Assembly: GCA_965206595.1 (NCBI GenBank)
Contig: OZ242214.1
Coordinates: 704,001 to 768,000, forward strand
Direction: 5' to 3'
From: Candidatus Latescibacterota bacterium
Lineage (GTDB): Bacteria; Latescibacterota; UBA2968; UBA8231
DNA: 64,000 bases
Below, piece by piece: positions 29,430 to 38,963 of this stretch. Each line of letters opens with the position of its first letter. The first letter of the stretch is position 1. The position numbers and the translations under genes were made by a program. The notes beneath the pieces were generated by a model. That model saw only the letters and a program-made list of their open reading frames with translations, was not told the origin of the DNA and searched no databases.

Positions 29430-30263
29430 CTATCCGTAGGCGCCGTGCGGCAGGAAGCCGAGCAGTCGACTGAGGCGCTCCCCGGCGCCGGCGTACACGT
29501 GCTCCGGCATCTGGTAGTTCATGAAAGGGAAATACTTGTGGCCGATCACCCGGCGCGCGTAGCTGATCTGGGTGATGTAGCGGGTGCGGCTGCTGGCGTT
29601 CGGCGCGCCCCGGTGCCAGACCTGGTTGTTGAACATGATGACGCTGCCGGCGGGACCGAGATTGGAGACCACCCGCTCTTCGTAGCCGCTGCCCTCGAAC
29701 GGGTTCGGCGGAGCGGCGCCCAACAGGTGCGAGCGCGGCACGGCCTGGGTCGGGCCGTGCTCGACGGTGTCGACGTCGGTGAGGTAGTAGTTGCAGGTGA
29801 ACAGCAGCACCGGCAGCCGCACGTTGGCCGGCGGCTCCCCGTGGGTCACCTCGAAGTGGGGAGGGTCGTCCTGGTGCCAGCCGCTGATGCCGCCCCCGGG
29901 AGGGGTGCGAAAGCCGTTGTTGTGGATGACGTGGCAGTTGGCGGCCACCAGGCGCTCGGCGAAAGAGACGATCGGCTCGAGGTCGAACAGCCGCAGGTTG
30001 GCGGCGCTGGTCTCGAACATGCGGTGATGGAGCTCGATTCTGGATCCGGACTTCTTCTTCCCCTTGCCAGGTGTATCCCGCCCGTCGAGGGCGCGGTCGA
30101 GGTCGCGGCGCAGCTCGGCGCACCAGTCCGGCGGCAGCACGTTGCGCAGGAAGAGGCAGCCGTCGCGGTCGAACTGCTCGACCCAGCCGTCGATCAGCCC
30201 GTCGTCGGGGGCCTGTTCTGCGAGAAAGACAGGCGAATTCTCGATTGCTGCGGTCGGGGTCAT
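29430..30263 (-). CDS. Phytanoyl-CoA dioxygenase (PhyH) family
   Basis: WHQD, VPRSH and WHRG motifs. Confidence 0.88.
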   Translation of the reverse strand: MTPTAAIENSPVFLAEQAPDDGLIDGWVEQFDRDGCLFLRNVLPPDWCAELRRDLDRALDGRDTPGKGKKKSGSRIELHHRMFETSAANLRLFDLEPIVSFAERLVAANCHVIHNNGFRTPPGGGISGWHQDDPPHFEVTHGEPPANVRLPVLLFTCNYYLTDVDTVEHGPTQAVPRSHLLGAAPPNPFEGSGYEERVVSNLGPAGSVIMFNNQVWHRGAPNASSRTRYITQISYARRVIGHKYFPFMNYQMPEHVYAGAGERLSRLLGFLPHGAYG

Positions 30264-30633
30264 GGTCTTGGCGTGCGGTTGCGGTGGGCTTCTAAGGAAC
30301 GGGAGGCGCCGGCCGGACGCCAGCCCGGATATGCAGGCGGCGCGCCGGAGTTTCTCATGCTCCGCAAGCAGGGCCGCGGCAGATCCCGCCCTCGCCGTTC
30401 GGCGGCATGGAAACGGAAAGCCCCGAAGAGGGAGAAGGGGATATTGCCTTGCCGGAGTCCGTTCCTTACCCTGCCTGAAACCTGCAGGGTATGCCGGGCC
30501 CGCCATTCTGACAGGCGCACGGCCGACCCGGATTCGCCTCCGGGGAGACCTGCCGGTGGACCCCGGATTGTCACCACATGATATCCATTCGACAGGCTGC
30601 TGCCGGCGAGGCATCAAAGAAGGTGAACTGACC

Positions 30634-31491
30634 ATGTCACGCGATTGGGTCGACGCCGGCGAGCAGGACGAGTACCTGATCGACTACCTGTTCGATCTCC
30701 ACGGCTACATCGTCCTCAAGGGGGGGATCGCCAGGCGGGACCTCGACGAAATGAACCAGTGGGTCGACGACCACTGGAGCTACGTCGAGGGCAGGCGCCG
30801 CCAGGGGAACGCGCAGGGGGAATGGATCGGCCACGTCGAGACCCACACCTACAGCGACGCCGACGGCTGCAATTTCCAGAACATCGTCGAGGGCGCGCCG
30901 GTGTTCCGGCGCCTCATCGACTATTCGGCCTGGGTCGGCCACTGCCGCCGCTGGATCAACCCCGTCAACGGCATCTCCATCCACGAGAACCTGCTCAACG
31001 TGCGCGGCCGCGGCGGCTACATCGGCATCCACTGCGGCGGCGCCCTGCCGATCTGCTACCTGACCTTCCGCCAGGAGAACACCGGCGAGTGGATGGTCGG
31101 GCAGATCAACGTCATCGGCGCCCTGCAGGACATCGGGCCGGGGGACGGGGCCACCACCCTGATTCCCGGCAGCCACAAGTCGGCGATGCGCCACCCCAAG
31201 CTCCTCGAACAGACCTACCGCAGCGACGATGCCGCCGGCAACCAGTTCGGCATGAAGGAGCTATACCTCGAGGCCGGGGACGTGCTGATGCTGACCGACG
31301 CCATCACCCACGGCTCGGCGGCGCGCACCAACGACGGCTACCGGCGCATCACCTTGTACCGCTACTCGCCGCGATACCTGCGCAGCCGCTTCCACTACGT
31401 GCCGAGCGTGGAGCTGCTGGAAAGCCTGAGCGAAGAGCAGGGCGCCATCATCCAGCCGATCCCCCCGCGCTTCGCCCCGGGCAAACCGTAG
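30634..31491 (+). CDS. Phytanoyl-CoA dioxygenase (PhyH) family
   Basis: HGYIVLK, IHCG, IPGSHK and THGS motifs. Confidence 0.85.
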   Translation: MSRDWVDAGEQDEYLIDYLFDLHGYIVLKGGIARRDLDEMNQWVDDHWSYVEGRRRQGNAQGEWIGHVETHTYSDADGCNFQNIVEGAPVFRRLIDYSAWVGHCRRWINPVNGISIHENLLNVRGRGGYIGIHCGGALPICYLTFRQENTGEWMVGQINVIGALQDIGPGDGATTLIPGSHKSAMRHPKLLEQTYRSDDAAGNQFGMKELYLEAGDVLMLTDAITHGSAARTNDGYRRITLYRYSPRYLRSRFHYVPSVELLESLSEEQGAIIQPIPPRFAPGKP

Positions 31492-31674
31492 CGGCACCGG
31501 CACCCGCTGCAGCCGTTCCCTGCAGAGGTGCCGGGCTTTTACATGCAGCGTCACCGGCAATCTCGCCGCAGGCGTCCGGCTTCTACACAACCAGCGGGCT
31601 CATCCATCCTGCGCGGTACCCGCGCAGCCCCCGGTCCCCCGAGTAAATCCGCAAACTTCTCCTGTCGTTTTTTC

Positions 31675-31810
31675 CGATTGTCCGTCGCCCCGGGCAGGTT
31701 CCCACTCCCTGGCGGGGCCGGCAGCTCCGGGTTTCCCGCCTCATCCTGAAAGCGGCGGGCCAGGCGACAGGCGCGACGCCGGCGTCATTCCGTCGCCGCT
31801 TCCTGTCTGA
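31675..31810. repeat. Left copy of a ~135-bp direct repeat
   Basis: Matches 35481-35615, with a 79-bp identical core (31701-31779). Confidence 0.92.
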
Positions 31811-31849
31811 AGGCCACACCAGTCCCCCCATCGCCTTCGGGGAGCAGCG

Positions 31850-33854
31850 TCACCGGCGCCACGGCCACCGGAATCCCGGCGCCGAGATCCTCCGTTCGAG
31901 GAACTCCTCGGTCTGCCTGTGCCAGAGGACGAAGGTGTCCCCCACGCTCGAGGTGTCGTCGTACAGGAAGTCGGGAATCTCGTTCCTGATCGAGGTGCGG
32001 CCGAAGGCGTCTGCCTTTTCCCACACGACCAGGGACTCGGCCTGCAAGCTCCATCCCTGTTCACCGTCGCCGGCGACCTTGCGGAAGTTCTCCGGGGCAA
32101 GCAGGGCGTCGAGCCGCCGCGCCGCCCGCTCGTAGCGCCGGCCGGCGTTACTCGTTCCACGACACCGGACGGCACCAGTCCGGCAGCGCTCCGTTCGCGT
32201 GCTCCAGCAACAGGTCGCACAGCGTCCGCGAGGACAACGCCAGGATGTCCTTCGGCAGCGGCTCATCGTCGAGTTTGTCCATGATATCGGCGAGGTACCT
32301 GCGGTAGAAGTCCGTCGACAGGCGGGTGCGGATCCCTTTGACGCTGGAGTGCAGTTTGTCCGCCAGCGCATGCTTGTGGCTGGGAAGGGAGGTGTTGGTG
32401 TAGATCATCAGACACCGCTTCACCATTTCATCCGGGAAGGACTGTGGCTCTGCGTTCATCGAGATGACGAAGCAGGGGTGCTCGTTTACCGGGGGCAGGT
32501 TCTCGTCCTTGACGATGTCGAGGCCGTGCTCGGTGAAACGGCGTCGCGTGATGTCGTCGAAAACCACCGGAAAACGCCGGTAGTTCTGCTGCAGCCCGCG
32601 CAGGGTGCGGCGCGTGAAGCCGTCCTTCTCGACCGTGCTCGGGTGGCCGAACATGCTGGCGATGATGGTGTCGACCAGACTGGTCTTGCCGCAGTTCGAC
32701 TTGCCGTATATCACCGCGAACGAAGGGTAGTGGACGATGTTGGCTCCTTCGACGGTGGCGAGGGCGCGCAGATCGCAGATGAAGGGGGAGACGTAGAGCC
32801 ATGACATGAAGGTGAAGTAGTCCCGCTGTAGGCGGTGCACGTCGCCGATGAAGCCGCGCTCGTAGTTGTCGAAGTACTCGACAATCGTCCGGGCGCTCCG
32901 GGCCAGCCCCTCGCCGTCGACCTCCAGCGGCACGTTTTCACCTGAAAGCGAGACGTAGCGGGAGTTCCGGTCGATGCTCAGCTGCACCGGTCTGGAATCC
33001 TCCTCCTCCTGCCGCCCCTTGACCCAGCGCAGCTTCTTGATTTCCGCCTTGACCGCAGGAGTCAGAACGAACCTGCCCTTCTCCCGTTTCACCTGCGGCG
33101 TGACGACGCGGTCCACCGGCACCGTAAGCTCCTCCACCCTGTGCACAACCAGCGGCATTGTAAGCTCCTCTGGCGGTGGCGGCTGGAACACCGTGACTCC
33201 TTCTTCCTGGAGCACCGGGGTGTCGGTGAAAGCGATGTCCGCCCCCTTCAGATCCACCGGCAGGTCGATGCGATTGGAAGCGGTCCTCTTCACCGCGTCG
33301 TACTCGCGCGAGTAGTGGTCCCAGGCGCCGTCGTCGTCATCGAATACCAGCAGCGTTTCCGGCTGCTTGCCGGCGAAGGCGCGCTCCGAGAGGTTGGCCG
33401 AGCCGGCGATCACCCGCCGCCGCGGCGGCTCCCCGCCCTCGAGGAGATACAGCTTCGGATGGGCGACGTTCTCCCTAACCACATAGAACTCCGCCTCGCC
33501 GGCGTGGACCTTCTCCAGGATCGCCCGCTGTCTTTCGTCCCTGAGCTTGAGGGCGGCCTCCCTCAATTGAGTGACGAGGAATTGCTGAAAGGCGATGACG
33601 TCGGCGAAACGCCCCAGGCCGGCCTCGTACCCGAAGACGCATTCGAAGCGCTGGAACCCGTGCCGCTCCAGCATTCGGAGGATCATCGGCGTGCTGACCG
33701 AGTAGGTCAGCGCGCGCATCGTTTCGAAGCCGTCGAACAGGGACCAGGTGAAGGGCTCGGCGCTCCGGAAGCTGGCGGTGACTACCTGCAGCCCCTTCCG
33801 GGAGGTTGAGTCGGGATCCTCGAAGTCGAGGAGGTTTTGCCGGCCGCCGATCAT
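31850..33854 (-). pseudogene. PLD-like nuclease + P-loop ATPase (NgoFVII-like PLD domain), frameshifted at ~32149
   Basis: HPKLY...GSANLS, GKSNCGKT and VVFDD. Removing one A (TAAC to TAC) joins ...SWNE to YAGRRYER...WRR*. Confidence 0.75.
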
Positions 33855-33912
33855 CGAGTGGTGATCCGCGCCTGCTCGCCGGCTCCGTCCCGCTCGTACA
33901 TCAGCGCCCTTG

Positions 33913-34572
33913 TCACGCTGAGGTCATCTCGTGGGCCGCTTCTTCGAGCTCTTCGAGCAGGGGTATTTCTTCGGTTCCGTAGCCGAAGCGGGCGTAGACC
34001 TCTTCGACCAACTGCCAGCAGGCCTGAGCGGGGACGAAACCGGATGCCAGCGTCAACTCCCGACCGACGATGTGGTCGCCGCCGTACCGTTTCGAATCTT
34101 CCGCGAAGAGCGGATTTCCCGGGTGTCCCGATGGAAGAACAAACCCGTTTACGTTGCGGTACTCCTGCCTCATGCGAAGATCCACGCCGACGTCGCACAG
34201 CTTGAAAAGGGCCCTGGCGACCGAAAGAAAAGTGAGGGGCATTTCCTGGACGGCGTAAGGATACAACCAGTCTGCATCCGCAAAGCGGGATTGCTCCTTG
34301 AACCATTGAAAGGAGGCGTTCCTCAGGGGAGATCGCAGTTCGAAATAACCGTTTTCGAGCAGGACGATTTCCTGTCCGGTCATTCCGGTGCCTTCGATTC
34401 CCTCGGGCGTCAGTTGCGTTCTCCCGAGCCCGCGATAACCGAAGCCTCCCGGGCGCAGACCAGGAGGACTCATCAGCAGAGATCTTACCCCCTCGCTCCT
34501 GGTGCATACCGCAGCGCTGTCGAGCCGCTCGGGAACGATGAAGATCCGGTAGGTGGGCTTGGGATCGCTCAA
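33913..34572 (-). CDS. Hypothetical protein in the defence cassette (219 aa)
   Basis: TTG start preceded by AGGA and a globular-looking sequence. Its start overlaps the restored stop of the upstream gene (TTGA). Confidence 0.7.
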   Translation of the reverse strand: MSDPKPTYRIFIVPERLDSAAVCTRSEGVRSLLMSPPGLRPGGFGYRGLGRTQLTPEGIEGTGMTGQEIVLLENGYFELRSPLRNASFQWFKEQSRFADADWLYPYAVQEMPLTFLSVARALFKLCDVGVDLRMRQEYRNVNGFVLPSGHPGNPLFAEDSKRYGGDHIVGRELTLASGFVPAQACWQLVEEVYARFGYGTEEIPLLEELEEAAHEMTSA

Positions 34573-35311
34573 TCCTCTGTTTCCTGTGTATCGGCACCGG
34601 CGGTCTGCCGGGATCGCTGGTCCATGTCTGGTCCATGTACTCAATTAGCTGGTCGACATCGGTGACCGCAAGCGCTCCGGAAGTCGGTGAAACGGCTGTT
34701 TTGAATTCCAGTAGTTCTTGCCGAAGGAAGCGCACCTCAGCTCCCAGTTCGTCCAGTCTGCGGTTGGTTTCCGTTTCCGGGAAATGACTTCGGGCAAGCT
34801 CGGGTCCGAGCTCGGAAATTGGCATGAACCGCACATCGGTACCGTCTCGTTTGACGAAAACCGTTGCATCTCTCCAGCGAAATGCATGTGGCCTCCGGTT
34901 GCTTACAGGAACGCGGATTCCAACGATATCGACGCATTCACCACCGGGGCGTCGGACGGACTTCGGCTGGGCATCTATTTCCCTGATCGGTGGATCAACG
35001 AGTACCTGGCAGGAACTGCGAATGCGCTGGGCGACACTGCTGGCTTTGGAAACATGCTTCATGCCCTTGGCCACGTCGCGCCCCTGTCGCTTTCCTGTTG
35101 TTATGCCGAGGAACAGGTAACCGCCTTCGGCGTTTGCCATGGCCGTCACATCGTGGAGCAACTCAAAATCCCCGTCGTTTCCTTGTTTCCAAGGATCGGA
35201 TTTGAACTCAAGCCAATGATCCTCTGCGGTTCGGGTGTTCACAAGCTCTTCGACTTCTTCCCCGGTTATTTCTTCGATTCGCCGGTTTTCGAACCTTTTC
35301 AATTTTTCCAA
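34569..35311 (-). pseudogene. Schlafen/AlbA_2 domain protein, frameshifted by an 11-bp tandem duplication
   Basis: E-x-x-x-LEFK, DVTAMANAEGG.LFLGI. CTGGTCCATGT occurs twice at 34617-34638. Confidence 0.8.
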
Positions 35312-35480
35312 CCCTCTGCGGATGCCGGGGAGTCTTGGCAGAATGAATGTCAGCTAAGTATCCAAATGAATTGACGTTCGAGGCGGTCGACTTTCCCACG
35401 GTAGATCAAAATCCAGTCAAGGAGCATTCCCTCAGTTCCCTACGGAACATCCTGAAATACCCTCTGCTGCTGTTTTTTTT

Positions 35481-35615
35481 CGATTGTCCGTCGCCCCGGC
35501 GTAACCCCACTCCCTGGCGGGGCCGGCAGCTCCGGGTTTCCCGCCTCATCCTGAAAGCGGCGGGCCAGGCGACAGGCGCGACGCACGCCTCATTCCGTCC
35601 CCGCTCCCTGTCTGA
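35481..35615. repeat. Right copy of the ~135-bp direct repeat, including the 3' end of the CRTAC1-like gene
   Basis: Matches 31675-31810. Confidence 0.92.
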
Positions 35616-37386
35616 GCGCCACCACCGCTCCAGCGTCGAACTCGCCGAAGCGCTCGCTGCTCCCGTCCGGCCAGCGCACGGTCACCTCGAAGACCCGCGT
35701 CTCCTCACCCAACCCGAAGTGCACCTTCGGATCGCTGCTGGCCAGGTAGCTGTAGGCGGCGCGCACGTCGCGGACGAGCCGGCGCTCCCCGGCGCGAAGG
35801 CTGACCGTGGCGCCGAGGGCGTCGCGGCCGTTCTCGAGAACGACCCGGAAGGCGATCCAGCTGCCGCGCGGGGCGGCGACGTTGCGCAGCAGGTGCGCCG
35901 GCCCGTCGCAGTTGGCCACCAGGATGTCGACGCCGCCGTCCCCGTCGACGTCGCCGAAGGCCGCGGCGCGGCTGGTGAGCGCCAGCGGCTCCGCGGTCCC
36001 GCCGCGCGGGAGGGCTTCCTGGAAGAACCCGCCCGGGCCCCCCTTGAACAGCAGGTTCGGCTCGGCGTACGGGTCGTCGGCGTAGCGCCTCTCGCGCACC
36101 TCGACCTTGCCGTTGGCCTCGTACAGGTCGAAGTAGCCGTCGTTGTCGAAATCGAGCCAGCCCATGCCGAAACGGGTGAAGCGGCGGCTGGCCGCCAGCC
36201 CCCGCCCCGCGGTGACGTCGCGGAAGTACCTGCCCTCGTTGAGGTAGTAGGAGTCGGTCTCGTCGTGCATGTTGCAGACCGCGAGGTCGGGGTCGCCGTC
36301 GTCGTCGACGTCCCCGACGGCGATCCCCATGCCGGCCTTGGGCTTGCCGTCCTCGTCGACGGCGCAGCCGGCCATCATGCCGCTCTCCTCGAAACGCTCT
36401 CCCCGGTTGAGCCACAACCGGTCCATGGTCTGGTCGTTGGCGACGAAGACGTCCTGGAGGCCGTCGCCGTCGAAGTCGGCGCAGGCGACGCCGAGCCCGT
36501 TGCCGGCCACAGCCTCGAACCCGGCCGCGGCGCTGACGTCGGTGAAGGTGCCGCCGTCGTTGCGGAAAAGGCGGTCGGGAGTCGGAGCCGCGTAGCTCCG
36601 GGGCCCGCAGAACTCCGGCAGGCCGAGGGTGTTGACGCAGTCGATCTCGGAGTCCGCCCGCCAGCGCAGGTAGTTGACCAGAACGAGGTCGAGGTCGCCG
36701 TCCCGGTCGTAGTCGAAGAAGGCGGCCGAAGCGCCCCAGCCCGGGTCCCCGAGGCCGGACCCGGCGGTCGCGTCCTCGAAGCGGCCGCGGCCGAGGTTCC
36801 GCAGCAGCGCGTTCTCCCCGAGGTTGGTGACGTAGAGATCGACGTCGCTGTCGTTGTCGACGTCGCCGGCCGCCACCCCCATGCCGTAGCCCGGGGCCGC
36901 GGCTGCGGATGCCGGCGCCGCTTCGAAGTAGCCGTTCCCGCGATTGCCGTAGAGCCGGTTCGGCGGCTGCTCGGAGGGGGCGGCGGTGAGACGGCCGCTC
37001 TGGACGAGGTAGGCGTCGAGGTCGCCGTCCCCGTCGGCGTCGACCAGGGCAGCGCCGCCGCCCATGATCTGCGGCAGCCACTTCTCTCCGTCCCGCCCGG
37101 CGCTGTGCAGGAAATCGACACCGCGTTCGGCAGCCACCTCCTCGAACCAGACGGCGGCGGAAGCGGAGGTGGCGGAAGCGGAGGTGCCCTGGGAATCCGG
37201 GGTACCGCCTGCGTCTTCAGCCTTTTCACCGCAGCCGGAAAGCAGGGCGGCCGATACTGCGAGAGCGGCTGCGAGTCCCGGTAATCGACCGCAGGGGCCG
37301 GCCCCAGCCCGGACGGTCTTTTTCAACAGGCTGAAAAGCCTGGGCCCCAGCCGGCCGCCTCTCGTCTCAACCGTCATTCTTTCCAC
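35590..37386 (-). CDS. CRTAC1/ASPIC-UnbV family FG-GAP repeat lipoprotein
   Basis: Repeated DxDGDGDLD motifs, LLSGC lipobox, C-terminal HFGLG...VRWP. Start is uncertain. Confidence 0.9.
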   Translation of the reverse strand: MERMTVETRGGRLGPRLFSLLKKTVRAGAGPCGRLPGLAAALAVSAALLSGCGEKAEDAGGTPDSQGTSASATSASAAVWFEEVAAERGVDFLHSAGRDGEKWLPQIMGGGAALVDADGDGDLDAYLVQSGRLTAAPSEQPPNRLYGNRGNGYFEAAPASAAAAPGYGMGVAAGDVDNDSDVDLYVTNLGENALLRNLGRGRFEDATAGSGLGDPGWGASAAFFDYDRDGDLDLVLVNYLRWRADSEIDCVNTLGLPEFCGPRSYAAPTPDRLFRNDGGTFTDVSAAAGFEAVAGNGLGVACADFDGDGLQDVFVANDQTMDRLWLNRGERFEESGMMAGCAVDEDGKPKAGMGIAVGDVDDDGDPDLAVCNMHDETDSYYLNEGRYFRDVTAGRGLAASRRFTRFGMGWLDFDNDGYFDLYEANGKVEVRERRYADDPYAEPNLLFKGGPGGFFQEALPRGGTAEPLALTSRAAAFGDVDGDGGVDILVANCDGPAHLLRNVAAPRGSWIAFRVVLENGRDALGATVSLRAGERRLVRDVRAAYSYLASSDPKVHFGLGEETRVFEVTVRWPDGSSERFGEFDAGAVVALRQGAGTE

Positions 37387-37467
37387 CCGCCGCGGTTTCT
37401 CAGCCCGACCCCGCAGTATGGTTGCCGGCCGCCAGCCGCGGAAGGGCCGGACACCTGCTTCTCCATT

Positions 37468-38916
37468 TCAATCGGCATTTGTTCCACCCGCCTCGACTTT
37501 GCGCAACTCGGCCCCCAGCCTGCGCGTCGGCTTCCAGCCGCGGGGCGCCAGACGCTCCGCTTCCCGCAATGCCGCCCGGGCTTCCTCCAGCTTCCCCAGC
37601 TCGAGGCGGGCGTGGCCGAGACCCAGCCAGTATCCGGGCCGTGACGGCTCCAGGACGGTCAGGCGGGCGTAGGTTTCCGCGGCGCCGCCGAAGCGGCCCG
37701 CCCGCAGCTGGGCAGCGGCGAGCCACTGCAGCCCGCCGCGGTTTTCGGGGTCGAGGGCAAGGGCCCGGGCACCGGCGTCCAGGGCCCCCTCGGTTCGGCC
37801 TAGCGCTTCGAGAACGCCGGCGCGCCGGAAGTGCGTCATGAACGAGGGGTTCAGCTCGACAGCCCGCTCGGCGTGCGCCAGGGCGCGCTCGAGATTCCCC
37901 GACTGGCGGTAGGCGTCGGAGAGCGCTACCTGCAGCAGGTTGTGCCCGGGGTTGAGCGCCGCGGCGGCCTCGAGCACGCGCACCGCTTCCCGCGGCTTCC
38001 CGCTGCTCATGCAGGCAACCGCCAAGGCATAGCTCAGCGCGCCGTCCCCGGGCCGCTCTTCCACTAGGGCGCGCAGTTTTTCTATGGCATCGGGGACCCG
38101 GCCCTCGGCGAACGCCGCCAGGGCGCGGTCGCGGCGGCCGGCGAAGCCGGCGGCGTACTGATCCTGCCGGCGCTGCCAGGGGTCGTCGAAACGCGGCATG
38201 GAGCCCCCTTGGCCGCGACGAAGGGCCGCTCCCGCCTCCTGCCCGCGGCCGAGGGCGAGGTATGCCCTGCCGAGGAGCTGATGGTAGTAGGGCTCCTGCG
38301 GCTGGCGCGCGGCCAGGCTCTCGAGCAGGGCGGCCGCGGTCCCGGCCTCGCCTCGCTGCAGGGCCAGCCGCGCCAGGCCGGTGGTCCCGGCCACGTCCTG
38401 CGGGTCGAGCCTGCGGGCGCGGCGGAAGTCCTCGCCGGCTCGGTCGAGGTCCCCGGTTTCGAGCCGCCAGAAACCGCGGCGCCAGGCGATCGGGGCGTAG
38501 GTCGTGTCGAGGCTGCCGGCCTGACCCAGGGCTTCGATGGCGGGGGCCAGCGCCCCGGTCCGGGCCCGGGCCAGGCCGAGGCGGTACCAGGCTTCGGGGT
38601 CCTGAGGCCCGATCCGCGCCGCCACCTCGAAGGATGCGGCCGCCTGTTGCGGCAGCTCGTTCGCCGCGAAGGTCATGCCGAGGCGCATCCAGTCGGCGGG
38701 GTCCGTGCGGTCGGCGTCGACTTCGGCGCGGGCCCGTTGAACCGCGGCGGCGACCTCGGCGTCGAGAGGGAAATCCGGGAGCGGCGGCGGACCGGGCAGC
38801 GGGCCGCCGCCCCCCTGGCAGGAGGGGAGCCAGGCGATCAGGACGGCTCCGGCGGCCGCACCGAAAGACCGCCGTCGGCTGGGCAGCCTACCCTTCCTGT
38901 TACTCGCTGGGTCCAT
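37468..38916 (-). CDS. Tetratricopeptide-repeat protein, probably a lipoprotein
   Basis: TPR helices throughout, LPSC near the N-terminus. Typical partner of CRTAC1-family genes. Confidence 0.85.
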   Translation of the reverse strand: MDPASNRKGRLPSRRRSFGAAAGAVLIAWLPSCQGGGGPLPGPPPLPDFPLDAEVAAAVQRARAEVDADRTDPADWMRLGMTFAANELPQQAAASFEVAARIGPQDPEAWYRLGLARARTGALAPAIEALGQAGSLDTTYAPIAWRRGFWRLETGDLDRAGEDFRRARRLDPQDVAGTTGLARLALQRGEAGTAAALLESLAARQPQEPYYHQLLGRAYLALGRGQEAGAALRRGQGGSMPRFDDPWQRRQDQYAAGFAGRRDRALAAFAEGRVPDAIEKLRALVEERPGDGALSYALAVACMSSGKPREAVRVLEAAAALNPGHNLLQVALSDAYRQSGNLERALAHAERAVELNPSFMTHFRRAGVLEALGRTEGALDAGARALALDPENRGGLQWLAAAQLRAGRFGGAAETYARLTVLEPSRPGYWLGLGHARLELGKLEEARAALREAERLAPRGWKPTRRLGAELRKVEAGGTNAD

Positions 38917-38963
38917 CCGGTGTCCTTTGACTTCGAAGGAAGTGCTCTTCTTCGCGACGCTGT

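Noticed and set aside
31701-31779. Hammerhead ribozyme-like GAUGA...GAAA in the repeat (minus strand)
   Set aside because: The core reads CAGGAUGA, not CUGAUGA, and there is no proper stem II.
33851-35311. 486-aa ORF as a single genuine protein
   Set aside because: The C-terminal half is an out-of-frame read-through of the 33913-34572 gene, caused by the 11-bp duplication.
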